Of a stretch of 64,000 bases of DNA, positions 1 through 11,217 are shown piece by piece; position 1 is the stretch's first letter, and each line of letters starts with the position of its first letter. The notes under the pieces are model-generated. The model worked only from the letters and a program-made list of their open reading frames with translations. It ran no database searches and was not told the DNA's origin. The DNA is from Tepidisphaera sp. (lineage in GTDB: Bacteria; Planctomycetota; Phycisphaerae; Phycisphaerales; UBA1924): assembly GCA_050916045.1 (NCBI GenBank), contig CP051526.1, forward strand, positions 1,792,001 through 1,856,000. The letters are read 5' to 3'. A program made the translations under genes and the position numbers.

Positions 1-1
1 C

Positions 2-199
2 TCGATCACCCCCGGTGTTGCCGGCTTGGCGATCGCCGAGTGGAAGGGCGAACTCACCCTCGAGCATCACATTCCCGTGTCCGCCGGACCGCGGTCGTTC
101 AAACTGCGTCTGCTTCACACCGACCAGGGATTCTCGCTGAATCGAGTGTCCTACGACGGCGCTGAGATCTCGGTGATGTACATCCCCGGATCGCTGTAG
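2..199 (+). CDS. 3' end of a hypothetical protein running in from the left edge
   Basis: Frame 2 is open from base 2 to TAG at 197-199 (SITPGVAGLAIAEWKGELTLEHHIPV...YIPGSL*); start lies outside the window. Confidence 0.5.
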   Translation, partial: SITPGVAGLAIAEWKGELTLEHHIPVSAGPRSFKLRLLHTDQGFSLNRVSYDGAEISVMYIPGSL

Positions 200-219
200 C
201 CCGTTCCTACAGTCCCGCC

Positions 220-1176
220 ATGAGCGACGGCGCTTCGCCCGACCCGGATCACGCAAACCGCCGAACGATGCGTGTCACGCTCGTGGGCATGGCCGTGAAC
301 TTCGTCCTCGCGATGGTCAAACTCGTCGCCGGAATCCTCGGCAACAGCTACGCCCTCGTCGCCGACGCCGTCGAGTCCTTCGCCGACATCGTCGGGTCCG
401 CGATCATCTGGGGCGGCCTCCGCGTCGCCGCCAGGCCCCCCGACGACAACCACCCCTACGGCCACGGCAAAGCCGAAGCTCTCGCCTCCCTCGCCGTCGC
501 CGGCCTCCTCCTCGCCGCCGCCGTCTGGATCGTCGTCAAGTCGATCCACGAGATCATCACCCCCCACAGCACGCCCGCCTGGTGGACCCTCGTCGTCCTC
601 GTTGTCGTCGTCGCCACCAAGGAAACCATGTTCCGCGTCGCCAGAAGCGTCGCCCGCCGCGAAGGAAGCACCGCCGTCCACACCGACGCATGGCACCACC
701 GCGCCGACGCCATCACCTCCCTCGCCGCGTTCATCGGCATCGCCATCGCGCTCATCGGCGGCGAAGGATGGGAGCCCGCCGACGACTGGGCCGCGATCCT
801 CGCGTCCGTCACCATCGCGTGGAACGCCGTCACCATCGCCCGGCCGCCCCTCTCCGAACTCCTCGACGAGCGGCCCGGCGACATCCCCGAGCGAGCCGCA
901 GCCGTCGCCCGCACCGTCGACGGAGTCCGCGACGTCGAGCAGGCCCACGCCCGCAAGGGAGGCGTCCGCTACTGGGTCGACATGCACGTCGAGGTCGATC
1001 CGCACCTCTCCGTCCACGAAGGCCACATCATCTCCGGCAAGGTGAAAGCCGCGATCCGCCGCGAGATCCCCGAGGTCGCCGGCGTCCTCGTCCACATCGA
1101 GCCGCACGAGCCCGCCACCACGCCAAGCCCTACGAAAGCTCCGCGTGCCGAGGGCACGACGTCAGATGGTCGTTGA
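220..1176 (+). CDS. Cation diffusion facilitator (CDF/FieF-like) metal transporter
   Basis: SYALVADAVES, HPYGHGKAE and DAWHHRAD motifs; about 6 TM helices; C-terminal dimerisation domain ending LVHIEP. Confidence 0.93.
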   Translation: MSDGASPDPDHANRRTMRVTLVGMAVNFVLAMVKLVAGILGNSYALVADAVESFADIVGSAIIWGGLRVAARPPDDNHPYGHGKAEALASLAVAGLLLAAAVWIVVKSIHEIITPHSTPAWWTLVVLVVVVATKETMFRVARSVARREGSTAVHTDAWHHRADAITSLAAFIGIAIALIGGEGWEPADDWAAILASVTIAWNAVTIARPPLSELLDERPGDIPERAAAVARTVDGVRDVEQAHARKGGVRYWVDMHVEVDPHLSVHEGHIISGKVKAAIRREIPEVAGVLVHIEPHEPATTPSPTKAPRAEGTTSDGR

Positions 1177-1699
1177 CCATCCCCGTCGCTTGCATGAACG
1201 CGTACATGATCGTCGGGCCGATGAACTTGAACCCGCGCTTCGCCAGAGCTTTCGACATCGCGACCGACACCGGCGTGCTCGCCGGGACGGACTTCATCGC
1301 CGCGTGATGGTTGATGATCGGCGTTCGCTTGCCCGATGGGTCGGGGAACGACCAGAGAAAGTCCGTCAGCGTGACGCCCGATTCCCGCAGGGCGAGGTAC
1401 GCTTTCGCGTTGAGGACCGCCGCGTTCACCTTGAGCCTGTTCCGCACGATGCCCGGGTCCAGCAGCAGCTTCTCGACCTTCGCCGGCGTGAACCGAGCGA
1501 TCTTCTCGGGGTCGAACTCGGCGAACACCTCGCGGTACCGCTCGCGCTTATTGAGGATCGTGATCCACGACAAGCCGGCCTGCGCCCCTTCGAGGATCAG
1601 GAACTCAAAGAGCGTCCGGTCGTCGCGCACGGGAACACCCCACTCTGTGTCGTGGTAGCGCTCGTAAAGCTCACCCTTGGCCCATGCGCATCGTGGCAT
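1130..1699 (-). CDS. tag: DNA-3-methyladenine glycosylase I
   Basis: RCAW...YHDTEWG, LEGAQAGLSW, GIVRNRLK, FMQATGMVNDH...C zinc motifs. Confidence 0.95.
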   Translation of the reverse strand: MPRCAWAKGELYERYHDTEWGVPVRDDRTLFEFLILEGAQAGLSWITILNKRERYREVFAEFDPEKIARFTPAKVEKLLLDPGIVRNRLKVNAAVLNAKAYLALRESGVTLTDFLWSFPDPSGKRTPIINHHAAMKSVPASTPVSVAMSKALAKRGFKFIGPTIMYAFMQATGMVNDHLTSCPRHAELS

Positions 1700-1738
1700 G
1701 GCCGACCGTAGGCGAGGCCCACGCGTCCGATCGAGCCA

Positions 1739-3085
1739 TCAGACTTTCTTCAGCACGTCAAACGGCCGGAACGTCCCCTCAAGTGCGTACTTGCTGTCAC
1801 CCTTCAGCCAGCCGTCGAGGATCCCCGCGTACACCGACCGGAAGTCGACGGTGTGCTTGAGATCGCCCTGGTCGAGGTCCTTGAGCGACGGGTGCCCGTT
1901 GAGCACGCCGGGCTTGACCATCGGCCCGAACATGAAGAGCGGAGCGGCGGTGCCGTGGTCCGTGCCCTGGCTTGCGTTCTGGTTCACGCGGCGGCCGAAC
2001 TCGGAGAAGCTCATCGTGAGCACGCGCTGGTCGTTGCCCTGCTTCTTGAGGTCGTCGTAGAAAGCCTTGATCGCGTCGCCCCATTGCTGGAGCAGGCGGG
2101 CGTGGTTGCCCTGAGCGCCGCCCTGGCCCGCGTGGGTGTCAAAGCCGCCGTGGCTGACGTAGTACACGCGCGTCTTGAGGCCGGCGCGGATCATCTTGGC
2201 GACCATCTGCAGGTCGCGAGCGACGCCGGTGTTCCCGTACTGAACCAGCGGGGTTGCGGCGACGGCTTTGCGGATCTGGTCGCTCGCCACCTGCGCATCC
2301 ATCGCGGTGCGAAGGAGGAAGGCGGCGTTGGAGTCCTCGGGCACGTCGCGGGCTTCGCCGCGGCGGTTGATCTCGTGGTACGGGTCCTTCAGGGATTCGT
2401 GGATGTCCTCGCCGGACCACTTGAAGAGGTCGGCGGTCTCGAAACTCACGGGTTTGGCGGCGCGGCCGTTGAGCGCCAGCGGAGCGGACCGTCCGATCGA
2501 GATGCTCGGCATGCCCTCGACGGTCGCGGGTTTCTTCTCGGCTTGCTTGGACCCGTCCGGCTTGCCGCTTTCACCCTTGCCATAGCCGCAGCACTCCGCG
2601 TCGAGATAGCGGCCCAGCCAGCCGTCGCCGGTGCCGTTCATGTCGGCCGTGTGCCAGATGTCCATGCTCTTGAAGTGCGACCGGTTGGGGTTGGGATAGC
2701 CCGCGCCCTGCACGACGCCCATCAGCCCCTCGTCGTACATGGCTTTGATGCCGCGCAGAGCCGGGTGGAGGCCCACGCCGTCGCCGCCGACATTGAGCAC
2801 CTGGTCTGCGGGGATCCCGATCGCCGGACGCGCCTTGTAGTACTCGCCCATCCCGAAGGGGACCATCGTGTTCAGACCGTCGTTGCCGCCGCCGAGCTGC
2901 AGCACGACGAGGATTCGATCATCGGGCACGCCCGGAACGCTCGTGACGCCCGCTTCGAGCATCCGAAGCACCATCGCCTGAGCGGAGCTTGAGATGAACG
3001 CCGGGACCGTGGCGGCCGCGGAGCCGAGCACGAGGCCGTTCCGCATGAAGAGACGCCGGGAGAACATGGTGGGGTCGTTCGACAT
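1739..3085 (-). CDS. DUF1501 family protein with Tat signal
   Basis: SRRLFM twin-Arg; QLGGGNDGLN, PNRSHF, GGFDTH, SEFGRR, GTDHG motifs; adjacent to DUF1800. Confidence 0.88.
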   Translation of the reverse strand: MSNDPTMFSRRLFMRNGLVLGSAAATVPAFISSSAQAMVLRMLEAGVTSVPGVPDDRILVVLQLGGGNDGLNTMVPFGMGEYYKARPAIGIPADQVLNVGGDGVGLHPALRGIKAMYDEGLMGVVQGAGYPNPNRSHFKSMDIWHTADMNGTGDGWLGRYLDAECCGYGKGESGKPDGSKQAEKKPATVEGMPSISIGRSAPLALNGRAAKPVSFETADLFKWSGEDIHESLKDPYHEINRRGEARDVPEDSNAAFLLRTAMDAQVASDQIRKAVAATPLVQYGNTGVARDLQMVAKMIRAGLKTRVYYVSHGGFDTHAGQGGAQGNHARLLQQWGDAIKAFYDDLKKQGNDQRVLTMSFSEFGRRVNQNASQGTDHGTAAPLFMFGPMVKPGVLNGHPSLKDLDQGDLKHTVDFRSVYAGILDGWLKGDSKYALEGTFRPFDVLKKV

Positions 3086-3157
3086 GGTTCACTCTTTCGG
3101 GGACGCTTGGGAAAAGCGGATCGTGGGTTCGGGGTCAGAGATTGCGTGCGGATCGGA

Positions 3158-4735
3158 CTAGCAGAGCTGATACTCCGGCATCGCGGTGATCAGAAGCAGC
3201 ACGCCGCGGAGGTGGTCGTCCGACAGCTGGTTCTCGTGCTCCTTCAGGAACGCAAGCAGCGGCTCACGCGTGTGCTGGGGCGTGCGCCCGAGCGTGAGCT
3301 TGAGCAGATAGTCGACCACGCGCTCGGGGTCGCGAGCGGCCGCCGGGTCGGCTTTGCGGAGCTCGGAAAGCAGTTCCGAAGGCTCGAACTTGTCCGTCTC
3401 CGCCGAAGCGTCGTACCCGTTGGCCCGCTTGCCCGTGAGCAGGAACGCCATGATGTTCTGACGCACGTAAAGCGTGCTGGTGTTGACCCACGAGCGGCCG
3501 CCGTCCCAGCCTTTGACGCTCGGCGGGTACCCGAGGTTCTGCCCCATCAGGTCCATCGCGTCGTTGATGATCGAGAGGTCGCGGACCGGCGTGTTCATCG
3601 AGCGGACGGCGCCGACGACGAGCGTCACCGGGCTCTTGATCTGCTCGTTCATGAACCGGGGTGAATAGAAGTGCTCGCTGAGGAACATGCGTCGCAGCAG
3701 CGGCTTGATCTCGTACCGGCTGCGGAGGAACGTGGAGGAAAGATCGGCGAGCGCGCCGCGGATGCCGGCGTCGAGCGTGTTGTCCTCGGCGCGTTCGAGC
3801 GGCGGGAGTTCCTTCACGAAGTAGTGGTAGAGCTTGCGAGTGATGAACCGGCTGCACGCGGGTTGCTCGAGGATGATCTTGACGAACTCATCACCGTCGA
3901 AGTTGCCGGTCCGTCCGAGGATCGTCTTGCCGGTTTCGTCGTGATTGTTCTTCTGGAAGACGAACGCGTCGTCGTTGAACGTGTACCCGGTGAGCGCCCG
4001 TGCGCCCTCCTTGATGTCCCGTTCCGAATAGCTGCCGATGCCGAGGCTGAAAAGCTCCATCAGTTCGCGGGCGAGGTTCTCGTTCGCCCGGCCCTTGCGG
4101 GAGTCGTTGTTGTCCAGGTACGCGATCATCGCCGGATCGCGGATGATCGCGAAAAGCAGATCCGCGAAGTTACCCGTGGCGTTCTTGCGGAACGTCTGGT
4201 TCTGCAGGAACATGTGGTAGCTGTTCTCGATGGTCCGGTAGCTGGTCGCGAAGTGGCCGTGCCAGAAGAGCGTGAGCTTCTCCTCCAAGGGGCGCGGCGT
4301 CTCGATCATCCGCTTCAGCCACCACTTCTGGACCTCGTTCATCTGCGAGCGGTCGCGCCGCTCGCGCATCTGCCGTTCGCGCTGCAGGGCTTCGAGGCGT
4401 TCCTCGTCGCGGTTGCGGCGGGCTTCGGCCGCGATGCGACGTTCCTCCTCGGTCGGGGGGCGCATGATGTCCCTGTCGAAGGCGTCGGCCACGACCGAGC
4501 CCCATTCGACCTTGTCGTAGTTGAGAAGGTAATCGACGGCTTTCTCGGGGCCCCAGCCCGCGAGGGTCTGGATCTGTGCGCTCGTGCCGCCAAACCCGGC
4601 GCGCCAGAGGAGGTGGCGGGCCTGGTCGTAGCCGAACCGGTCGGCGGCGATGGGGGACATCGACGCGACAATCCCGGTCGAGCCACCCGAGGCTTTGGTC
4701 TTCTTCCCCGCTCCGTCCGTTCCCGGCTGCATCAT
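3158..4735 (-). CDS. DUF1800 family protein
   Basis: HLLWRAGFG, EKLTLFWHGHFATS, DPAMIAYLD, NENLARELMELFSLG, PPSVKGW, PEYQL; AGGAGG RBS before ATG 4735/4732. Confidence 0.88.
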   Translation of the reverse strand: MMQPGTDGAGKKTKASGGSTGIVASMSPIAADRFGYDQARHLLWRAGFGGTSAQIQTLAGWGPEKAVDYLLNYDKVEWGSVVADAFDRDIMRPPTEEERRIAAEARRNRDEERLEALQRERQMRERRDRSQMNEVQKWWLKRMIETPRPLEEKLTLFWHGHFATSYRTIENSYHMFLQNQTFRKNATGNFADLLFAIIRDPAMIAYLDNNDSRKGRANENLARELMELFSLGIGSYSERDIKEGARALTGYTFNDDAFVFQKNNHDETGKTILGRTGNFDGDEFVKIILEQPACSRFITRKLYHYFVKELPPLERAEDNTLDAGIRGALADLSSTFLRSRYEIKPLLRRMFLSEHFYSPRFMNEQIKSPVTLVVGAVRSMNTPVRDLSIINDAMDLMGQNLGYPPSVKGWDGGRSWVNTSTLYVRQNIMAFLLTGKRANGYDASAETDKFEPSELLSELRKADPAAARDPERVVDYLLKLTLGRTPQHTREPLLAFLKEHENQLSDDHLRGVLLLITAMPEYQLC

Positions 4736-4925
4736 GAAGCCTCCTGCTTGTTCCGCCCACACAGGCTACTGCTTGAACGGAATCCCCGCGCGCGGATTGC
4801 ATCAGGACCGGCAAAGCAGCCCGGAGATCCGTACGAAGGCACAGTATCTATCGGACGGCCGGGGGATGCCAGTGAATTCACGGGTCCGGCTTGGTTTTCG
4901 GCCCTCACACCGCGGAGCAGGTCCT

Positions 4926-6359
4926 CTAGGTGGCCGAAGCGGCCGCCGAGAGGGGTTCAGGGCCGGGACGACCGGCGGTCGCGGCGGCGGTGCCGCTCGC
5001 GTCGCGGGGGATCCGGCGGACCAGTACGAACAGAACCCCAGCGGCCGCGAGGAGCAAAGCCCCGTTGGCCTGGTGCGCGGTGCGGATCGCGACCTTCCAC
5101 GCCGGTACGGGCGTGGTGGTGGGGAGGTCGGTGTGCTTGGGGACTGGCGTGAAGGCCCCGGGCGGGTTGGCCGCCCACGCGCCCCAGCCCAGAATGAACT
5201 GGATCGCGACCACCGCGACGACGGTCCTGCCGGTTCGGCGAAGAGCGCCCGAGAATGCGTCCGTGCCGGGGCGGCTGCTTGCGGCCATGCCCGCGACCAT
5301 CCCGATCAGCACGATGAGGAACGCGAAGGCGATGTGCGTGTAGAGGACGTGGGCCGAGCCGGTGTGGCGGTACGCGGCCCCGAGGACAAGCTGCAGGATC
5401 AGGGAGTGCGTGAGGGCGGTGCCCATCGCGCGACGACGGCGGTCGGCCGAGTGCGATTCGGCGGGGCCGGTCTGATACGCATCGCCGGCGTACGCCGTGA
5501 ACATCGCCATCATCAGGAAGACGATCTGGCCGAGCACGCCGTGGGCCATCGCGAGGCCGGTGCTCGACTCGGTGACGCGGAAGCCGCCCAGCAGCCCCTG
5601 CACACAGACCAGCGCGAGGATCCCTGCGGCCCAGCCCTTCATCCAGCCGCGGCGTTCAAGTCTGAGCGTCGTGACCAGCAGCAGGATGCTGGTCATGCCG
5701 ACCAGCGTGCCGAAAAGCCGGTGGCTGTGCTCGAGATACACGTGCTTTTCGCTGGCCATCAGGCTAATCGGATAAAGGAACATGTTGCCGCCGTTGGTGC
5801 CGGGCCAGTCGGGAACGGCAAGCCCCGCTCGCGAGCTGGTGACTAGGCCGCCGAGCAGCAGCAGGGGGAGGGTGGCGCCCAGGGCGAGGACCGCGACGCG
5901 GTGGACGTTGACCTGCGGAGAGGCTTCCACGGCTCGCTTCGGCAGGAGCGTGGCGACCACGCCGGCAAGGACGCCCGCGCAGACCGAAAGCCCGAGGTAG
6001 CCGGCGATCATGACGGCCAGCGCGGGGCGATCGACCGCGCCGGCGCTCATGCCCGCGGCGGGGTCGGCTTGCGGGACGAGCATCGAGCCCATCGAAGCGA
6101 GATTGATCGTGCCCGAGAGCAGCCCGGCGACGGCGGAGCCCAGAAGGATGGACGGCGCACGGCGGCCGGGAGCGATCCAGAGCCACGCGGCGATGCTGAG
6201 CGAAAGGCCTTGGACCGCGAGCAGAATCGGGCCGGACGTGCTGGGCGCAAGCCCGACGGCGGGATGATGAACGATGAACCAGACGACCCACATCGCAACG
6301 GCGGCGGCGAGGCCGGCGGGGAGCAGACCCCAGTGAAGGGCGTGTCGAGGGTGACTCAT
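4926..6359 (-). CDS. ctaA: Heme A synthase (COX15/CtaA) with N-terminal membrane extension
   Basis: GGLVTSSRAGLAVPDWP, EHSHRLFG, QGLLGG, HGVLGQ, LQLVLGAAYRH, HQANG; divergent from the oxidase operon. Confidence 0.85.
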   Translation of the reverse strand: MSHPRHALHWGLLPAGLAAAVAMWVVWFIVHHPAVGLAPSTSGPILLAVQGLSLSIAAWLWIAPGRRAPSILLGSAVAGLLSGTINLASMGSMLVPQADPAAGMSAGAVDRPALAVMIAGYLGLSVCAGVLAGVVATLLPKRAVEASPQVNVHRVAVLALGATLPLLLLGGLVTSSRAGLAVPDWPGTNGGNMFLYPISLMASEKHVYLEHSHRLFGTLVGMTSILLLVTTLRLERRGWMKGWAAGILALVCVQGLLGGFRVTESSTGLAMAHGVLGQIVFLMMAMFTAYAGDAYQTGPAESHSADRRRRAMGTALTHSLILQLVLGAAYRHTGSAHVLYTHIAFAFLIVLIGMVAGMAASSRPGTDAFSGALRRTGRTVVAVVAIQFILGWGAWAANPPGAFTPVPKHTDLPTTTPVPAWKVAIRTAHQANGALLLAAAGVLFVLVRRIPRDASGTAAATAGRPGPEPLSAAASAT

Positions 6360-6405
6360 CGCGTGTCTCCTTTTGGCTTCGTGTGGGAGTTCGCAGGTGC
6401 TAACT

Positions 6406-6425
6406 GGGAGTGATTCTCAGTATCA
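6406..6425. promoter_or_regulatory. Fur-box-like inverted repeat between ctaA and actA
   Basis: TGATTCT-C-AGTATCA 7-1-7 repeat at 6411-6425; the minus strand of 6406-6424 matches GATAATGATAATCATTATC at 14/19 positions. Confidence 0.4.
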
Positions 6426-6634
6426 TTTGGCTAACGGTCGGGAAAGTGCTTGACAGAGTACGCCCGAATCGGAGAAATTCCCGTCTGGCAAGAATACCTT
6501 GACATCCGAATTCCGGATTGCGGGGTTTTGTCAGTGTTGGATTTGGTCTGAGTGACCGCCAGAGTTTTTGGTTTGAGTCTGATTGGCAGATAACCGCCGG
6601 ACAGCAGCGAGCGGTCGAAGACAAGGAGGCCCGG

Positions 6635-7339
6635 GTGTCCCTTCTTTTTCCGAAGTGGTTTAACGCGTTCCCGACGGCATTTGCCCTGGGCGGGCTTTGC
6701 ACCGCGACGGTTGCGGTGGCCGGCGTCTGGTACTACTTCACGCCCAAGTTCTGGGCGGTTGGGTACGAGCCGACGCAGCCGGGCGGCGGCTTCAGCCACC
6801 AGATCCACGCGGGCAAGCTCGGCTTGGACTGCCGGTACTGCCATACGAAGGTCGAAGAGAGCCCGGAAGCCAACATCCCGAACGTGGCGACCTGCATGGG
6901 GTGTCACGCGGAGGGCCGTCTGAAGGCTTTGGCGGAGAAGCCTTCGCACAAGGAGAAGACCGAGTTCCTGCGCACGGCCTTCGCGGCGGACGAGTCCGTC
7001 GCATGGCGCCGCGTGCACAAGGTGCCGGACTACGTGCGCAATTTCCCGCACAACGCCCACGTGAACGCGGGCGTTTCGTGCTATTCGTGCCACGGGGACA
7101 TTCAGAACATGCCGGTGGTCCGCCAGGCGGAGTCGCTGAGCATGAGTTGGTGCCTGGACTGCCACCGAGACTCGGCGCCGCACCTTGTAGAGAAGGACAA
7201 GGTGACGCAGCTGGCGTGGGTTGAGCAGCACCTCAAGGAGCGTCAGCAGAAGGGGACCGAGGGGCTTGCGGCGGGCAAGAAGCTTGCCGAGGACCTGCAC
7301 CTCGCGCCGCCGGAGCACTGTGCGGCGTGCCACTACTGA
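6635..7339 (+). CDS. actA: Alternative complex III pentaheme cytochrome c subunit
   Basis: Five CxxCH motifs (CRYCH, CMGCH, CYSCH, CLDCH, CAACH); N-terminal TM; AAGGAGG RBS before GTG 6635. Confidence 0.92.
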   Translation: MSLLFPKWFNAFPTAFALGGLCTATVAVAGVWYYFTPKFWAVGYEPTQPGGGFSHQIHAGKLGLDCRYCHTKVEESPEANIPNVATCMGCHAEGRLKALAEKPSHKEKTEFLRTAFAADESVAWRRVHKVPDYVRNFPHNAHVNAGVSCYSCHGDIQNMPVVRQAESLSMSWCLDCHRDSAPHLVEKDKVTQLAWVEQHLKERQQKGTEGLAAGKKLAEDLHLAPPEHCAACHY

Positions 7340-7432
7340 TCGGGAATGGCTGACGGAGCAGGACGGGGAAGGCAAGCCGGGGTGGCAAGTTCGGGGCGGG
7401 ACCTTTGGGGCGGGGATTTCGGGAAACTCACG

Positions 7433-10400
7433 ATGACGATCGATCAATGTCCGTCGACGGTGCACGAAGGTCCCAAGCAGCAGCCCGGCAAGGCCGATCT
7501 GATCGAGCGGAAGCGCTCGCTTGCGGGCACGGTGAACGGGATGAGCGCGTGGCGGAGCGGCGAGGAGATCGCCGACACGTCCGAGTTCCGCGACTTCGTG
7601 GAGCGTGAGTTCCCCGCGGGCGCGTCGGAGCTGCTGACCACCTCGCGTCGTTCGTTCATGACGCTGATGGGAGCTTCGCTGGCGCTCGCGGGCGCGGCGA
7701 CGATTCCCGGCTGCCGGCGTCCGGACCACAAGATTCTGCCCTTCAGCAAGCACATCCCCGAGGACGTGGTGCCGGGCAAGCCGCTTTACTACGCGACGAG
7801 CATGCCCCTGCCGGGCGGCGGCGCGGAAGGCTTGCTGATCGAGACGCACGAAGGGCGTCCGACGAAGATCGAGGGCAACCCCCTTCACTCGAACAACCTG
7901 GGCAAGAGCACGCCGCAGTCGCAGGCGAGCATTCTGGGGCTTTACGATCCGGACCGCCTGAAGTTCCCGTTCTACAAGCCCACCGGGAAGGAAGCGTCGT
8001 GGGACGATTTCGCGGCGTGGGCGGGTGAGCACTTCAAGAAGCACGAGGGCGCGGCCAGCGAGGGCCTCGCGTTCATCGTCGACAAGAAGACCAGCCCGTC
8101 GCGTGACGCTGTTCGCGACCGGATTCTCCGCAAGTACCCGAAGGCGACCTGGGTGGCGTGGGACCCGACCGAGACGCGCGGTCAGATTGACGGCACCACG
8201 ACGACTTTCGGTGCGCCGATGCGCGAGGTGCTGAGCCTGCGGAAAGCCAAGGTCATCGTGTCGCTCGACCGTGACTTCCTCGGCAACGATCCTGGCCAGC
8301 TGACCAACGCCCGCGAGTTCGCGGCGACGCGTCTGCCGACCAAGACGGGCAAGATGGTCCGCGATTCGCACGGGCACGACATTCCCGAGTTCGCGATGAG
8401 CCGGTTGTACGTCGCGGAGAGCTCGATGACGACGACGGGGGCCCAGGCGGACCACCGCCTGCGTCTTGCCCCTTCGCGGGTGATCGCACTGGCGGTCGAG
8501 CTTGCGAAGTTTGTCGTGAGCAAGTCCGGCACGGCGGGGACGGAAGCTCTGGTGGCCGCGCTGAATGCGGTGCAGGTCACCGGCGGCGAGGCGCTGGACC
8601 GCGGGTTCATCGAGGAAGCGGGCAAGGACCTGCTTGACACGGTCAACCGCGGCGCGGGCGTGGTTCTCGCGGGCCGCAACATGCCGGCCGAGGTTCACGT
8701 CCTCTGCCACGCTCTGAATCACTGCCTGGGCACGCTTGGCACGCTGGTGAAGTATCAGCCGATGGACACGGAGCACGCGAGCGACAGCCTCAAGGGCCTC
8801 GCGGCGCTGACGGCGAAGATGGCGGCGGGCTCGATCTCCACGCTGGTGGTGATCGACGCGAACCCGATGTACGACGCTCCGGGCGATCTGAAGTTCGCGG
8901 ATGCGTTCGCGAAGGTGGGCGCCACGGTGTGCATGAGCGTGCAGCAGTCCGAGACGGCGGTCGCGAGCACGTGGTCGCTGAACGGCTGCCACTACCTCGA
9001 ATCCTGGGGCGACACGGTTTCCAATGACGGCACCCTCGCGGTGACGCAGCCGATGATCGCGCCGCTCTTCGGGCCTCAGCTTTCCGAAGCCGAGCGCAAG
9101 CTTGCCGAGAGCGATCGCCCGATGCACGCGCTGAGCGAGGTCGAGTTCCTCGCGCTGCTCGCCGGCGACAGGCGGCCCGACGGGTACAAGATCGTGCGTT
9201 CGGTGTGGCGGGACATGGCCAAGCGTTCGAGCCCGACCGAGCCGGAAGACAGCTTTGAGCGCCGGTTCCGCCGGTCGCTTCAGGACGGCGTGCTCCAGGG
9301 GCAGCCGGCGCCGACGTGGGTCCGCGATGTGCAGTTGAGCGAGATCGCCAAGGCGGTCGCGGGGATGAAGGTCCCGGCGGGCCCGAGCGAGGGCAAGCTT
9401 GAAGTCGTGTTCATGACGGGCAACCTTGGCGACGGCCGGTATGCGAACCTCGGCTGGCTTCAGGAGCTTCCGGACACGGGCACGATGGTCTGCTGGGACA
9501 ACCCGGCGCTGATGAGCCCGATGACGGCGGTGAAACTCGGCCTCTGGCCTGAGAACCCCAAGAACAACAAGTACACGCAGGAGAAGTGGCCGTCGGCGGA
9601 CATGGCCGAGATCTCGGTGGGCGGCCGCACGATCAAAGCGGCGGTGTGGATCCTGCCGGGCATGGCGGACGACACGATCATCCTGAAGTACGGGTACGGT
9701 CGCACGGCGTGCGGCCTGGTGGGCGACGAGGTCGGGTTCAACGTGTATCCGCTCCGCGGCGGGTCGGCGGGATTCCTGACGGAAGCCACGGCGAAGAAGA
9801 CCGAGGGCGAGTACTGGATCGCGAGCACGCAGAACCACTGGTCGCTTGAGGGCCGCACGAGCATCGTCCGCACGACGGACCTGCCGGCGTTCGCCCACTA
9901 CGCGGACCAGGTGATCACGCAGAAGCACGACCTGTACCGGTTCAACGGCGGCGTGCCGGTTGAGGAGAAGCTCAACTTCGCGGAGCGTCTGGGCGAGCTT
10001 TCGCACACGCCTCCGAACCTCTCGATCTACTCCCACCCGTACAACGCTTCGGCGAAGGACGCGAGCAAGGGCAGCGCGTACAGCAAGGGCCCGCAGTGGG
10101 GGATGACGATCGACCTGTCGACGTGCATCGGCTGCGGGACGTGCACCATCGCCTGCCAAGCCGAGAACAACATCCCGATCGTGGGCAAGAAGGAGACGGC
10201 CAAGGGCCGCGAGATGACGTGGATCCGCGTGGACCGGTACTACACCGGCTACAAGGAAGGCCAGCCGCTCGAGATGATGAACGAGCCGGAGGAGATGCTT
10301 CACCAGCCGATCGCGTGCGTGCACTGCGAATATGCACCCTGCGAGACGGTGTGCCCGGTGAACGCGACGGTGCACACGCCGGACGGGATGAACGCGATGG

Positions 10401-11217
10401 CGTACAACCGCTGCATCGGCACCCGGTACTGCGCGAACAACTGTCCGTACAAGGTTCGCCGGTTCAACTTCTTCGACTACGGGACGGCGAAGTTCGGCGG
10501 CGAGTATTTCGGCAAGGACAAAGTGGAAGCGGTCGCGAAGGTGCTCCCGAACGAGAACTCGGGCGTCACCGGTTCGACCAAGAACGGTCGCGTCAACGTG
10601 AACCTGATCCCGCCGCGGCTTCGCGAGAAGCTTGCGGAGATCGAGCGGATGCAGAAGAACCCGGACGTGACGGTCCGGAGCCGCGGCGTGATGGAGAAGT
10701 GCACGTACTGCGTGCAGCGCATCAACGCGGCCCGCATCGAGATCAATACCAGCGAGGTCTTCCCGGCTGCGGACCGGAACCTGGTTCCGGACGGGTTCGT
10801 TCAGACGGCGTGCCAGCAGGCCTGCCCGACGGATGCGATCACGTTCGGCGACATCCTGGATCGCCGCGAGTACACGGACGAAACGGGCGTGAAGCGTCAG
10901 GGCAGCAAGGTTTCGATCAAGCGGGATGATCCGCGTTCGTACGCCCTGCTCGGATACCTGCTCACGCGTCCGCGGACGAGCCACATGCTCCGCGTGCGGA
11001 ACCCCAACCCAGCGCTTCTGGCGCGGACGGAAGCGGGCAAGAAGCGTGTCGAGCACTGGGAGAATCCGTTCGACCACGGCGGGCACGATGAGCACAAGGG
11101 CCACGATCACGATCATGGCCATGACGAGAAGAAGCACGCGGCTGCGCTTGATCCGCGCAAGCGGGCCGAGGATCGCGGGTATCGCGCGAGCCTGACGGTT
11201 TTGACTGGAGGTAAGGC

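Noticed and set aside
1130..1176. 47-bp convergent overlap of CDF and tag (also 22988-23043)
   Set aside because: Short 3' overlaps are common in GC-rich genomes
6450..6504. Two TTGACA hexamers upstream of actA
   Set aside because: No TANNNT at a 16-18 bp spacing, so no promoter call; no FNR (TTGAT-N4-ATCAA) or sigma54 consensus found
6431..11137. 1568-aa minus-strand ORF (also 11113-13458, 16979-20344, 23560-25809, 36689-38572, 49567-51528, 57960-60593)
   Set aside because: Antisense shadows of well-supported genes; strong GC3 codon bias removes stops on the opposite strand; the translations carry no recognisable motifs
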